Assembly: GCA_964507275.1 (NCBI GenBank)
Contig: CAZDPG010000001.1
Span: 86,503 to 150,502 of the forward strand
Reading direction: 5' to 3'
Source of the DNA: an uncultured Candidatus Saccharibacteria bacterium
GTDB taxonomy: Bacteria; Patescibacteriota; Minisyncoccia; Phycocordibacterales; Phycocordibacteraceae
DNA: 64,000 nucleotides
Shown: positions 18,927 to 28,002 of the stretch, piece by piece
How positions within the stretch are numbered: position 1 is the stretch's first letter
Layout of the letters: each line of letters starts with the position of its first letter
Position numbers and translations under genes: made by a program
The notes under the pieces: generated by a model
Told to the model about the DNA's origin: nothing
Databases searched by the model: none
Seen by the model: only the letters and a program-made list of their open reading frames with translations

Positions 18927-19817
18927 ATGAAAAAGAATATCGTGAGGATTGCCCTAGCGGTCATCCTTCTCTTGTTCGGTGCGGCGGCTCTCATGTCGGT
19001 TGCACATGCGGACGAAGGCTTCCAGTGGAAGCATTTCGGCACCGACCCGTACGCGGCCACGCGTACGGAAGCGATGCGAACGCGCGAAAGTGCATTCCGC
19101 AGCATGGGTCTCCCGGCACCGGTCATCGCGAAGTTTTTGCGTATGACCGAGAATCCGGGCGAAAAAGTACGGATTGTGAATGGCGACAAATTCTCGGCGA
19201 TGATGTCGAAAAACGGCGTCGTCCACCGAGACGTCACTGTCGCATTCGTCGCTCCTCCCGTGAGCGGCAAGATGGAATACGCGGCACCCGCGGAGATGTG
19301 GCAGGTTGTCTGGGAGGGGAAAGTCTTTACGATCCTCCTTCCGGAGATCTGCAACAATTGGTCCTACAAATGGACCAGTCGCGAAATAGCTCTCGCATGC
19401 GCGAGCGTTGAATTCTCCGTGAAGCCGGGCGACGAAGTTCGCTTCGCTGTCCTTTCGCGGAACCGCCTTCCGGCTTCGGCTTGTTGGCAGCTCTGCGATG
19501 GCAATGATTGTTCCATGTTCCCGTCGCCGTGCGACACGTGCGATTGGATTGGTCCGTTATCGGTCATTCCGACCGGATTCGTGCCGCTCCACACAGGAAG
19601 ATACGTCGCCCGTGCGGAGCATCAGGTTTTGCGTTTCCCTCGGGAAGTGATGAGCAACTACATCGCTCTCTGCGACGAACGCAAAGGAATGGGACAATCC
19701 GATTCGTGGATAGTCCAACCGTCTGCCTGGCGTGACAGCATGGTGGTGTATGTACCGTATGGCGGTCAGCGATGGCCAACATGGGGCGAGGTCGATCTCT
19801 CGAAGTGGAAACGCTGA
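18927..19817 (+). CDS. Secreted Cys/Trp-rich hypothetical protein
   Basis: SD AAAGGAG, signal peptide ending VAHA, several Cys in the C-terminal half. Confidence 0.75.
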   Translation: MKKNIVRIALAVILLLFGAAALMSVAHADEGFQWKHFGTDPYAATRTEAMRTRESAFRSMGLPAPVIAKFLRMTENPGEKVRIVNGDKFSAMMSKNGVVHRDVTVAFVAPPVSGKMEYAAPAEMWQVVWEGKVFTILLPEICNNWSYKWTSREIALACASVEFSVKPGDEVRFAVLSRNRLPASACWQLCDGNDCSMFPSPCDTCDWIGPLSVIPTGFVPLHTGRYVARAEHQVLRFPREVMSNYIALCDERKGMGQSDSWIVQPSAWRDSMVVYVPYGGQRWPTWGEVDLSKWKR

Positions 19818-19889
19818 AATGAGACCGAATCTCTTTTGGAGTCTGGCGGCAGAGTAACATCCCGCCGTCAGCACTCCTTTTTGTAGAAA

Positions 19890-21581
19890 ATGAAAACTCA
19901 CAACTATTCTCATAAAAAGCATAATCCGATTCTTGTCGGGTTCTTTGTGCTGTTCGCAACAATTTCGTTCGGTATGTCGGTTGCCTTCGCACTCGGCCTC
20001 ACGACACCGACCCAGGTATTCGCCCAGCTTGCCCCACCGTGTTGCACGCTGCCCACTCCTCCGGCACCCATCGCGCCACCTCCGCCGCCAGTACCGGAAC
20101 CAGCTCCAGTACCACCGCCGCCGCCAGCACCCATCGCTCCGGTCCCGCCACTGGTAGCACCAGTCGTGGTTCCTCCTCCTGCCATCCTTGGGTGTATGGA
20201 CCCCGCTGCTACGAATTACAATTCAGCTGCGACAGATCAGACGGGCGTAACGTGTACGTATCCCGTGGTTCCTCCTGCGGTTGTCTTCGGCTGCATGGAT
20301 CCGGTCGCGACTAATTTCAATCCGGCAGCGACAGATCAGACCGGCATAACGTGTACCTATCCAGGTGGTGGAGGCGGTACACCGGCACCAGTTTGTACCC
20401 TTACGGCCGCTCCTTCGGCAGTGACAGCAGGCTCCTCCTCGACACTCTCGTGGACGGCAAGCAATGCAACCGCACTCACTATCGATAATAGCGTTGGCTC
20501 GGTGACACCAGTTGCTGCAGGCTCAAGCTCGGTGACACCAGCCGCTACGGTTACCTATACGGGCACCGCGACGGGTCCCGGAGGTTCAGCAGTCTGTTCC
20601 GCGACGGTGACCGTGGCGACCCCTTCAGGTGGTGGTGGCCCGTCCGGTGGTGGTGGGGGAGGAGGCGGTGGTTCTTCTATCACGCCGACTATAACCCTTG
20701 CCGCGCTTCCTCATATCAATGCTCAGCCGCTCGTGTACCTGTACCTCTCTCAGATTCCGTACACGGGTCTTGATCTCGGACCTGTCGGTACGGCGCTCTA
20801 CTGGATTGCGCTTATTGGATGGTCAATCGCACTCGCGTACCTCGCGCTCTTCACCATCGTGCCATTTCTTCGTCGCACCGCGCATAGTTTCGGCGAGCAT
20901 GTTTCAGCACTCCTGAACGCGCAGCAGAACACCGTTCTTGCGGCACCGGTCATGACAGTAGCAGCGCCCGAAGTGTCTTCTCCGACACCAGAAGTAGCTC
21001 TTCCGTCCCACGACTACTCCTCGTACGAAGGATTCAAATCCTTTGCGCATAATGGCGCACTCTCGATTGAAGACATCGTGAAGGGTCTCTCACGTGCGCA
21101 TTCCGCTCCTCAGGCAGAGCACGCGTCCGTAGAGATTGCTGCTCACGAATCTCCTTCGGAACATGCACCGAACGTGTCGACTCCGTCCTCTATCGAGACT
21201 CTCTCCGTTGATCCTCATCCGGTGGTAGATGCGTTTGCAGCAGCGGCTCTCGCACCGATGGACGCGAATGGCTTCATCGCGGCGCTCGTCGAAGGCGATC
21301 GTAACGCGGTGTTCAGTACCTTGCGGCACTGCGCGGGTGCAGGCAAGTCGCCCGATAATCTCATTTCCTCCGTCGTGTGCTCGCTCGATGATGCGTACCG
21401 TGCACGCGTCGACGGCTCGTCCTGCGACGCCGCCATCGCTCGTCTGACCGCGCGCCTCGATACACCGACCCTGGAGAATCTCGTGACCGCGCTCGCGACG
21501 GCCGTCGACTCGAGCTATACCGACAAGATGACGGGAGCGAAGTTGGCGCTGACGCGCGCACTCGCGGTCCTCGGCGCTTAG
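19890..21581 (+). CDS. Surface protein with Pro-rich region, two GCMDP repeats, Ig-like domain, IPYTG-TM signal and C-terminal helical domain
   Basis: Signal/TM, poly-Pro, GCMDPxATN(Y/F)N...CTYP twice, PVCTLTA..TLSWT, SQIPYTG plus hydrophobic helix plus RR. Confidence 0.85.
   Translation: MKTHNYSHKKHNPILVGFFVLFATISFGMSVAFALGLTTPTQVFAQLAPPCCTLPTPPAPIAPPPPPVPEPAPVPPPPPAPIAPVPPLVAPVVVPPPAILGCMDPAATNYNSAATDQTGVTCTYPVVPPAVVFGCMDPVATNFNPAATDQTGITCTYPGGGGGTPAPVCTLTAAPSAVTAGSSSTLSWTASNATALTIDNSVGSVTPVAAGSSSVTPAATVTYTGTATGPGGSAVCSATVTVATPSGGGGPSGGGGGGGGGSSITPTITLAALPHINAQPLVYLYLSQIPYTGLDLGPVGTALYWIALIGWSIALAYLALFTIVPFLRRTAHSFGEHVSALLNAQQNTVLAAPVMTVAAPEVSSPTPEVALPSHDYSSYEGFKSFAHNGALSIEDIVKGLSRAHSAPQAEHASVEIAAHESPSEHAPNVSTPSSIETLSVDPHPVVDAFAAAALAPMDANGFIAALVEGDRNAVFSTLRHCAGAGKSPDNLISSVVCSLDDAYRARVDGSSCDAAIARLTARLDTPTLENLVTALATAVDSSYTDKMTGAKLALTRALAVLGA
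20190..20363 (+). repeat. Two-copy intragenic tandem repeat (period 99 nt) encoding GCMDP..CTYP modules
   Basis: GCMDPAATNYNSAATDQTGVTCTYP versus GCMDPVATNFNPAATDQTGITCTYP. Confidence 0.85.
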
Positions 21582-21600
21582 TCGAGTCGATAATTCAATA

Positions 21601-21642
21601 CAAAACAAAACACCCGGACGCGAGACGTTCGGGTGTTTTGTC
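21601..21642. terminator. Bidirectional intrinsic terminator
   Basis: CAAAACACCCGGACG-CGAGA-CGTTCGGGTGTTTTG. Confidence 0.8.
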
Positions 21643-21649
21643 TTACTGT

Positions 21650-22879
21650 TTAAGAACGCGCTTTGATCTCGCTTGTCGCGCGCGCGACGAAGTCCGTGAT
21701 GGACATCGCGTCAAGCTTGCCGGCATCGCGGCTCTCGACCGATACCGTCTTCGCCTCGACTTCTGCATCGCCGATGACGAGTAGGTAGGGAATCTTTTCT
21801 GTCTTCGCGGTACGGATCTTCTTTCCGAGCGATTCGTTTGCCAGGTCGCTATCTGCCCGGATGCCCGCATCGCGGAGATCCTGTACCACCTGATTCGCGA
21901 AGTCCTGGTGCGCCTCGCCGATAGGTAATACGCGTGCTTGGACGGGGGAGAGCCAGAGAGGGAATGCACCGGCATACTTCTCAATGAGAAATGCCATGAT
22001 GCGCTCGATAGCACCGATGGAGGAGCGGTGTACGACGAATGCGCGGTGTGGAGCACCGTCTTCGCCGATGTATGAGAGGTCGAATCGCTCGGGCATCACG
22101 AAGTCGTATTGCACGGTGAAGGCGGTGTCTTCTTTCCCGTTCACGTTCTTCATCTGGATATCGACCTTCGGGCCGTAGAATGCAGCTTCTCCTTTCGCTT
22201 CTTCAAATTTAGAACCGCGGTTCTGCATGAGCCTGCGCATAAGGTCTTCGCCCATCTCCCATGCGGCGTCATTCTTATAATATTTCTCCGTAGTATCCGC
22301 GCGGTCGCCGAGCGAGAGGCGGTAGCGGTAGTCGACATCGAGTTTGAGACCGAAGACCGAGGTGACGTATTCAATCAGGTCGAGCGCGTTGCCAATCTCT
22401 TCGATAGCCTGCTCTTCAGAAGCACAGATGATATGCGCGTCAGAGAGGCAGAATGTGCGCACACGCTGGAGGCCCATGAGCTCGCCGGATTGCTCGTAGC
22501 GGTAGAGCTTCGAGAGTTCCGCGATGCGCATCGGCAGTTCGCGATAGGAGACTGGTTTGCGCAGGAACAGTTCGAAATGATGCGGGCAGGTCATCGGGCG
22601 GAGCATAAACTGCTCTTTATCTATCTCGATGGGAGCATACATCGAATCCTTATAGTGCGGATAGTGTCCGCTTTTCTTATACAAATCGAGCTTAGCGATG
22701 TCCGGCGTGTAGACGTGGAGGTAGCCGCGCTTTATTTCCTCATCCACGATGAAGCGCTCAAGCTCGCGGCGTATGACCGAACCCTTGGGGGTGAAGAGAG
22801 GGAGACCCTTACCGACGGAATCTGAAAAAGTGAAGAGATCGAGCTCTTTGCCCAGCTTCTTATGATCGTGTTCGTCCAT
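21650..22879 (-). CDS. thrS: Threonine-tRNA ligase lacking N-terminal TGS/editing domains
   Basis: Starts MDEHDHKKLGKELDLF; RPMTCPHH, YEQSGEL, FYGPK, HRS, WLSPVQ. Confidence 0.95.
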   Translation of the reverse strand: MDEHDHKKLGKELDLFTFSDSVGKGLPLFTPKGSVIRRELERFIVDEEIKRGYLHVYTPDIAKLDLYKKSGHYPHYKDSMYAPIEIDKEQFMLRPMTCPHHFELFLRKPVSYRELPMRIAELSKLYRYEQSGELMGLQRVRTFCLSDAHIICASEEQAIEEIGNALDLIEYVTSVFGLKLDVDYRYRLSLGDRADTTEKYYKNDAAWEMGEDLMRRLMQNRGSKFEEAKGEAAFYGPKVDIQMKNVNGKEDTAFTVQYDFVMPERFDLSYIGEDGAPHRAFVVHRSSIGAIERIMAFLIEKYAGAFPLWLSPVQARVLPIGEAHQDFANQVVQDLRDAGIRADSDLANESLGKKIRTAKTEKIPYLLVIGDAEVEAKTVSVESRDAGKLDAMSITDFVARATSEIKARS

Positions 22880-23064
22880 CGGGCTATGATAGCACTCATA
22901 TTCTATCGGGTAAAAGGGAGGGGATAAACGCGTTGCGACGCTTCGAGGGCGGTGGTATATATACATGAGCTGTCGCTGACCTTCCGTGCAATGCGCGGCA
23001 CTCAGGAGGATGGCTGCTGTACAATCCCTCGTTCTCCCAACGTCAAAAACGAAAGGAAACAACC

Positions 23065-23196
23065 ATGAAGACCCGCCCCTGTGCTCTGGAGTTCCGAATG
23101 CCGCTGACCGCCTCGTCCGATTCCGGCCGCCACGCAAAGCTGCGGCCCGGCGCCAAGAAGATCACGGCCGCAACGAGCGTCAGGCTCCTGCAATAA
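23065..23196 (+). CDS. Putative 43-aa basic small protein
   Basis: SD GAAAGGA, upstream TTGCGA-17-TATATA promoter; MKTRPCALEFRMPLTASSDSGRHAKLRPGAKKITAATSVRLLQ. Confidence 0.45.
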   Translation: MKTRPCALEFRMPLTASSDSGRHAKLRPGAKKITAATSVRLLQ

Positions 23197-23345
23197 GTCG
23201 GCGGCAAGGTCCAGTGTTTCAAAGCGGGTGCCGTCGTACCGACGCCGCTCACTCGAGATATGCTTCTCACCGAAGCACCTCTCACCACCGGGGGCTCGTG
23301 CATCGCGAGCTTCCCAAAGGCCCTCTCCGGAGGGCTTTCCCATTT

Positions 23346-26300
23346 CTATAACGGTTTCAATTCTTCTATCGCAAGCGATGGTTCTCCATTGCGAACTGAG
23401 ACTTTCCCTTTCACGAGCAGACAGTTGCCAGGTGCGATGATTGCAGAATGCACTTTCAGTAACTTAGGGAATACGACCGCTTCGATGGAATCGGTTGCGT
23501 CCTCGACTGTGATGAATGCCATCTTCTCGCCGCTCTTGGTGAGCATCGTGCGCACGACCGACACGAGTACGGGCAGGATGAGTAGCATGCCGGATTTCGG
23601 ATCCTCTTTTATCTTCTGTATGGAAAGGCTCGCTTTCTTCGTGACCGAACCGTGCGCATCGAGCGGATGACCGGAGATGTAGATGCCGAGCAGCTCCTTC
23701 TCCCAGGTGAGCTTGTCTGTGAGTAATGCGGGTTTGCCCTCGGGGAGGGTGAGCGCTGGCGGTGCGATGAACGCACCGAAGAGCGAGTCCTGCGGCGCGG
23801 TAGCAGTCGCTTCTCGATGGAAGGCAAGCAATGTCTCGATACTCTCAAGCAACGTGCCGCGCGCACCGGCACTGAGCGAGTCGAGAGCCCCGCACTTGAT
23901 GAGTGATTCGAGCGATTTGCGGTTCAGATTTTTCGAGCCGACACGAGAGAGGAATTCAGAGAGGGAAGCGAACGGACCGTGTGCCTCACGCTCAGCAATG
24001 ATTGCTTGCGAGATGCCCTCGCCGAAGTTCTTTATTGAAGAAAGTCCAAAACGGATGGCTTCTTTCTGAACGCCCACCACCGTGAATACACTGCCGCTCT
24101 CATTCACGTCTGGCGGGAGGACGGGGATGTTCATGCGCTTCGCTTCGGCGACGAATATCGCGATGGCATCGGTGTCGCCGGAGTCGGCAGTGAGGACGGC
24201 AGCAAGATATTCGACCGGGTAGTTCGCCTTCATGTAGGAGGTCTGGTATGCGACCTTGCCGTAGCTGGCAGCATGCGCCTTGTTGAACCCATATGCAGCG
24301 AACGGTTCGATAAGTTCCCATAATTTCTCAGCGAGTTTCTTGGAGAGCTTTCCGTATTCGATGAAGCCCTTCAAAAGCTTTTCCTTTTCCGCCTGCATGA
24401 CCGCCGGAATCTTCTTACCCATGGCTTTGCGGAGCGCATCGGCTTCGAGCCAGGAGTAGCCGGCGAGCTTGATAGCGGTGAGGAGCACATCGTCCTGGTA
24501 CACAAGGATGCCGTATGAGAAGTCGAGGTACTCCTGCATGCGCGGGTCGAGGTAATGGATGAGTTTCGGATTCTGTTTGCGCTCGATGTAACTCGGGATG
24601 GTTTCCATAGGTCCCGGGCGGTAGAGCGCCACCATGGCGTTGATGTCGTGGATGGTCGTTGGCTTCAGCTCCTTGAGCCAACGCGTCATACCGGAACCGT
24701 TCAGCTGGAATGTGCCTTCCGTCTCGCCACGTGCAAGCATCTGGAAGGTCTTCATGTCGTCGATAGGCACGTTCTCGATATCGACGACGATTCCGCGTGT
24801 CTCTTTGACCCGGGCGACAGCATCAGCGAGGATCGCGAGGTTCTTGATGCCGAGGAAGTCGAATTTAAGCAGTCCAACGCCGCCGTATTCGTCGGTGATG
24901 GAATACATATCGTACTGGGTAATCATCTTGCCGGTGCCTTTGGGGTCAGGCTGTACCGGGGCCCATTCGATAAGCGGTGTCGGAGCGACCACGACGCCGG
25001 CAGCGTGAACGCCGACGTGCCGCACGCACCCCTCGATGCGGCGCGCGAGGTCGATGATCTCACGCGCGTCATCGTCCTCGTCATAGGTCGCCTTTAGATC
25101 CGGCTCAAGCTCAAGCGCGTGCTCAATGGTCATCGGGAATCCTTGGGAGCCCATAGGGATGAGCTTCGCGATGCGATCGCCGATGGTGTAGGAGTGGCCG
25201 AGCGCGCGTGCGACATCGCGTACGGCCGCACGCGCCATCATCGTACCGAACGTGCCGATCTGTGCCACATGGTCTTCGCCGTATTTGCGTTTCGCGTACG
25301 CAATCATGTCGTCACGACGATCGTCGGCGATGTCCATGTCGATGTCCGGCGCTTTGGGGCGCTCGGGGTTCAGGAAGCGCTCGAATGGGAGCTTATAGAA
25401 GAGGGGATTCACGTTCGTGATGCCCACGAGGTAGGCCACGAGCGAGCCCGCCGCCGAGCCACGAGTCGTCGTGAGGATGCCATCGCTCTTGGCGAAGCGC
25501 AGGAGGTCGGCGACGATGAGGTAGTACACCGCGAATCCTTTGGTGATGATGATGTTCAGTTCGTATTCGATGCGGTCAGTAACCTCTTTCGTTGCTTCCA
25601 TTCCGCGCATAGCGATGCCGGCGTAGGCCGTCGCACGAAGCTCTTCATCATGCGTCTTAAATCCTGGGGAGACCGGGACAGCAGGGAAGGTCCACTTCCC
25701 GAGATCGAATGAGAGGGTACAGCGATCCGCAATCATGCGCGTGTTGTCGACCGCGTCCGGGGTGTCTTTAAATAGAGTGAGCGCCTGTTTCTCGCTGATG
25801 AAAGAGAAGTCCTCCTGCTCGTTTCGGCCACGCCCGCCCTGCTGGATACGTCGCATGATTTCGGTCGCCTCACGGTCATCTGGGTTGAGGTAATAGACAT
25901 CGTGAGCCGCAACGAGCGGCGTGTCGGTTCCCCTGGCCATCTCGATAATCTTCTTCATGAGCTCTTCATGCCCGGCGACATGCGGATGGTGCGTAATCTC
26001 AAGGAAAAGGTTCCCGGCGCCGAAGATATGTTTGAGCTCATCGAGCGCCGCTGCCGCTCCTTCTACACTGCCTGCGCGCAATGCTTGTGCGATGTCACCA
26101 GCGAACGAGGGAATGATGGCGATGATTCCTGTGTGGTGTTCGCGTAAGAGCTCTTTATCGATACGAGGACGCTCGAAGAAACCCTCCGTCCACGATTTCG
26201 TGACGAGCGCGAGAAGGTTCTTGTAACCGTCATTGTTTTCGGCGAGGAGCACGATGCGTGATCGTTTCGCGTCGATAGTCGGGTCTTTCTCGAATCGCGA

Positions 26301-26522
26301 ACGCGGTGCGAGGTAGGCGTCGACGCCGAGGATAGGCTTCACGCCCGCTTTGGTTGCCGACTTATAGAACTCAATCGCGCCGTGCATATTTCCGCCGTCG
26401 GTGAGTGCGACCGCATCCATACCTTCCTTTTTCGCTTTCTCGACGAGTTCGTCGATCTTCGGCAGCGCCTGGAGGAACGAGTAGTGGCTATGGGTGTGGA
26501 GGTGGATGAAGCGCGATGCCAT
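23346..26522 (-). CDS. dnaE: DNA polymerase III alpha subunit
   Basis: FIHLHTHSHYS, RGSAAGS, FERFLNPER, PDIDMD, KFDFLG, YGFNKAH, C-terminal OB fold. Confidence 0.97.
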   Translation of the reverse strand: MASRFIHLHTHSHYSFLQALPKIDELVEKAKKEGMDAVALTDGGNMHGAIEFYKSATKAGVKPILGVDAYLAPRSRFEKDPTIDAKRSRIVLLAENNDGYKNLLALVTKSWTEGFFERPRIDKELLREHHTGIIAIIPSFAGDIAQALRAGSVEGAAAALDELKHIFGAGNLFLEITHHPHVAGHEELMKKIIEMARGTDTPLVAAHDVYYLNPDDREATEIMRRIQQGGRGRNEQEDFSFISEKQALTLFKDTPDAVDNTRMIADRCTLSFDLGKWTFPAVPVSPGFKTHDEELRATAYAGIAMRGMEATKEVTDRIEYELNIIITKGFAVYYLIVADLLRFAKSDGILTTTRGSAAGSLVAYLVGITNVNPLFYKLPFERFLNPERPKAPDIDMDIADDRRDDMIAYAKRKYGEDHVAQIGTFGTMMARAAVRDVARALGHSYTIGDRIAKLIPMGSQGFPMTIEHALELEPDLKATYDEDDDAREIIDLARRIEGCVRHVGVHAAGVVVAPTPLIEWAPVQPDPKGTGKMITQYDMYSITDEYGGVGLLKFDFLGIKNLAILADAVARVKETRGIVVDIENVPIDDMKTFQMLARGETEGTFQLNGSGMTRWLKELKPTTIHDINAMVALYRPGPMETIPSYIERKQNPKLIHYLDPRMQEYLDFSYGILVYQDDVLLTAIKLAGYSWLEADALRKAMGKKIPAVMQAEKEKLLKGFIEYGKLSKKLAEKLWELIEPFAAYGFNKAHAASYGKVAYQTSYMKANYPVEYLAAVLTADSGDTDAIAIFVAEAKRMNIPVLPPDVNESGSVFTVVGVQKEAIRFGLSSIKNFGEGISQAIIAEREAHGPFASLSEFLSRVGSKNLNRKSLESLIKCGALDSLSAGARGTLLESIETLLAFHREATATAPQDSLFGAFIAPPALTLPEGKPALLTDKLTWEKELLGIYISGHPLDAHGSVTKKASLSIQKIKEDPKSGMLLILPVLVSVVRTMLTKSGEKMAFITVEDATDSIEAVVFPKLLKVHSAIIAPGNCLLVKGKVSVRNGEPSLAIEELKPL

Positions 26523-26529
26523 ACGGCAC

Positions 26530-26539
26530 AGTATATACT
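26530..26539. promoter_or_regulatory. Palindromic bidirectional -10 element shared by dnaE and rnhB
   Basis: AGTATATACT gives TATACT on both strands, 7 nt and 6 nt before the two ATGs. Confidence 0.75.
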
Positions 26540-26545
26540 TTCTCC

Positions 26546-27139
26546 ATGAGATTTCTGCTTGGGATAGACGAGGCGGGTCGGGGCCCTTTAGCGGGGCCGG
26601 TATCGGTCGGTGTGGTCGCTGTGCCGGAAGGGTTTGATGTGGCACGAGAGTTTCCAGGCGTCGCGGACTCGAAGAAGCTTAGAGAGGAGAAGCGCGAGAA
26701 GATATTCACGGAGCTTGAGGCGCGTTCGGCTCTGGGAGACGTGCGCTTCACGGTCGAGCTCGAGAGCGCGGATACCATTGATAGGGAGGGCATCACTCTC
26801 GCCGTGCGCCGTGCAGTTTCTCGCGGCGTGAACTCTCTTGCACCAGACGCGGCGCTCGTACATGTACAACTTGATGGGTCGCTCCGTGCCCCGGCAGAAT
26901 ATGCGCAAGAGACGATCATCCATGGCGACGATCTCATCCCAATCATCTCGCTTGCGTCCATTGCGGCAAAGGTCGTACGCGACCGTTTGATGGTAGAGCT
27001 CGCCGCGCAGTATCCTGACTACGGATTTGAGAAACATAAGGGCTATGGCACGCGCCTGCATTACGAAATGCTCGAAAAACATGGTCTCTGTGTTATCCAC
27101 CGGCGGTCTTTCCTGCATCTTGCAATGGAGGGCAAATAG
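26546..27139 (+). CDS. rnhB: Ribonuclease HII
   Basis: GIDEAGRGPLAGP, DSKKL, ASIAAKV, HKGYGT, HRRSF. Confidence 0.96.
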   Translation: MRFLLGIDEAGRGPLAGPVSVGVVAVPEGFDVAREFPGVADSKKLREEKREKIFTELEARSALGDVRFTVELESADTIDREGITLAVRRAVSRGVNSLAPDAALVHVQLDGSLRAPAEYAQETIIHGDDLIPIISLASIAAKVVRDRLMVELAAQYPDYGFEKHKGYGTRLHYEMLEKHGLCVIHRRSFLHLAMEGK

Positions 27140-27148
27140 GACTATACT
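27120..27148 (+). promoter_or_regulatory. Sigma70 promoter of the downstream ORFan
   Basis: TTGCAA-17 nt-TATACT. Confidence 0.7.
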
Positions 27149-27208
27149 ATCCGCTTGTGTCCAGCAATGTCTGCAGGGGGCACAAATGAACTTTCTGGAG
27201 GAAGAAGT

Positions 27209-27481
27209 ATGAACAATAAGGTAAGTCAGCTCGTGTCGGAACATCATCCGCTCGTGCAAATGCGGAACCCGATGGTTGCACACGAAGTGTTGAATCGTTG
27301 CGGCTTCGATCAGGTGCGCTTGTGCATCTGCTGCTGGAACCACGAAAAGGTGTTGTGTCCATACCGCGGCAATGAGCCAGCTGGTGCCTGTCCGTCGTTC
27401 GTCCTCGATGAGGCGAATATTGAGAAGACGGAAAAGCGCATCATGGACTTTCTCGCCACCCCTCAATTGCTGGCTGCCTAA
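27209..27481 (+). CDS. Small Cys-rich hypothetical protein
   Basis: SD GGAGG, CICC..H...C...CP, own terminator at about 27502-27539. Confidence 0.65.
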   Translation: MNNKVSQLVSEHHPLVQMRNPMVAHEVLNRCGFDQVRLCICCWNHEKVLCPYRGNEPAGACPSFVLDEANIEKTEKRIMDFLATPQLLAA

Positions 27482-27566
27482 CCGGCCAAGCCAGAAACGC
27501 TAAAGTGCCACCTCACGAGGGTGGCGCTTTTGATTTTTTATACGGTGCATGGTAGGGTTCCTGCAT

Positions 27567-27920
27567 ATGTCAATTCGAATGCGCCACACCCGCGGACACA
27601 CCAATAACCGCCGGTCGCACCATGCCCTCAAGAATACGAATGTCGTCACCGATAAGGAGACTGGCAATTCCCGCCTTCCGCACCACCTCGACGAGGTGAC
27701 GGGTATGTACCGCGGGAAGCAGATTGCCCCTGCTCGCGCACCGCGCGTGTCCAAAGAGAAGGTGAAGGGCGCCTCGACCGAACCGGTCGTGAAGCATGTC
27801 CATGAGCACGCGCTTGAGGAGCACTCGAATGCAGAAGTGAAGGCTTCGAAGGGAGTCGCCGGCAAGGTCGCTACAGGCGGTCGGCCGAAAGCGAGAAGCG
27901 GTTTCGGCGGAGGCGCGTAA
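27567..27920 (+). CDS. rpmF: 50S ribosomal protein L32 (zinc-free) with long C-terminal extension
   Basis: [21 protein letters not shown]...RLPHH...GMYRGKQI; located upstream of nusB-rnc. Confidence 0.92.
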   Translation: MSIRMRHTRGHTNNRRSHHALKNTNVVTDKETGNSRLPHHLDEVTGMYRGKQIAPARAPRVSKEKVKGASTEPVVKHVHEHALEEHSNAEVKASKGVAGKVATGGRPKARSGFGGGA

Positions 27921-28002
27921 ACTATTTTCCATTGCAATCAACACGGCCGCGCTTGCGCGGCCGTGTTATTTGCTATACTGCTTGAGCACCTAAGATCTTT
28001 CC

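Noticed and set aside
22880-23137. ORF-track N-terminal extensions of thrS (likewise dnaE, prmC, hisS, dsbA, rnc)
   Set aside because: The extensions show no homology and overlap promoters or other genes. For thrS, dnaE, prmC and hisS a -10 box sits 6-7 nt before the downstream ATG; dsbA and rnc starts are coupled to the upstream stop.
23125-23180. ACGCAAAGC resembling the c-di-GMP-I riboswitch core
   Set aside because: The upstream GGCAAAC/GAAA-tetraloop stem and P1 pairing are missing, and the motif lies within the small ORF.
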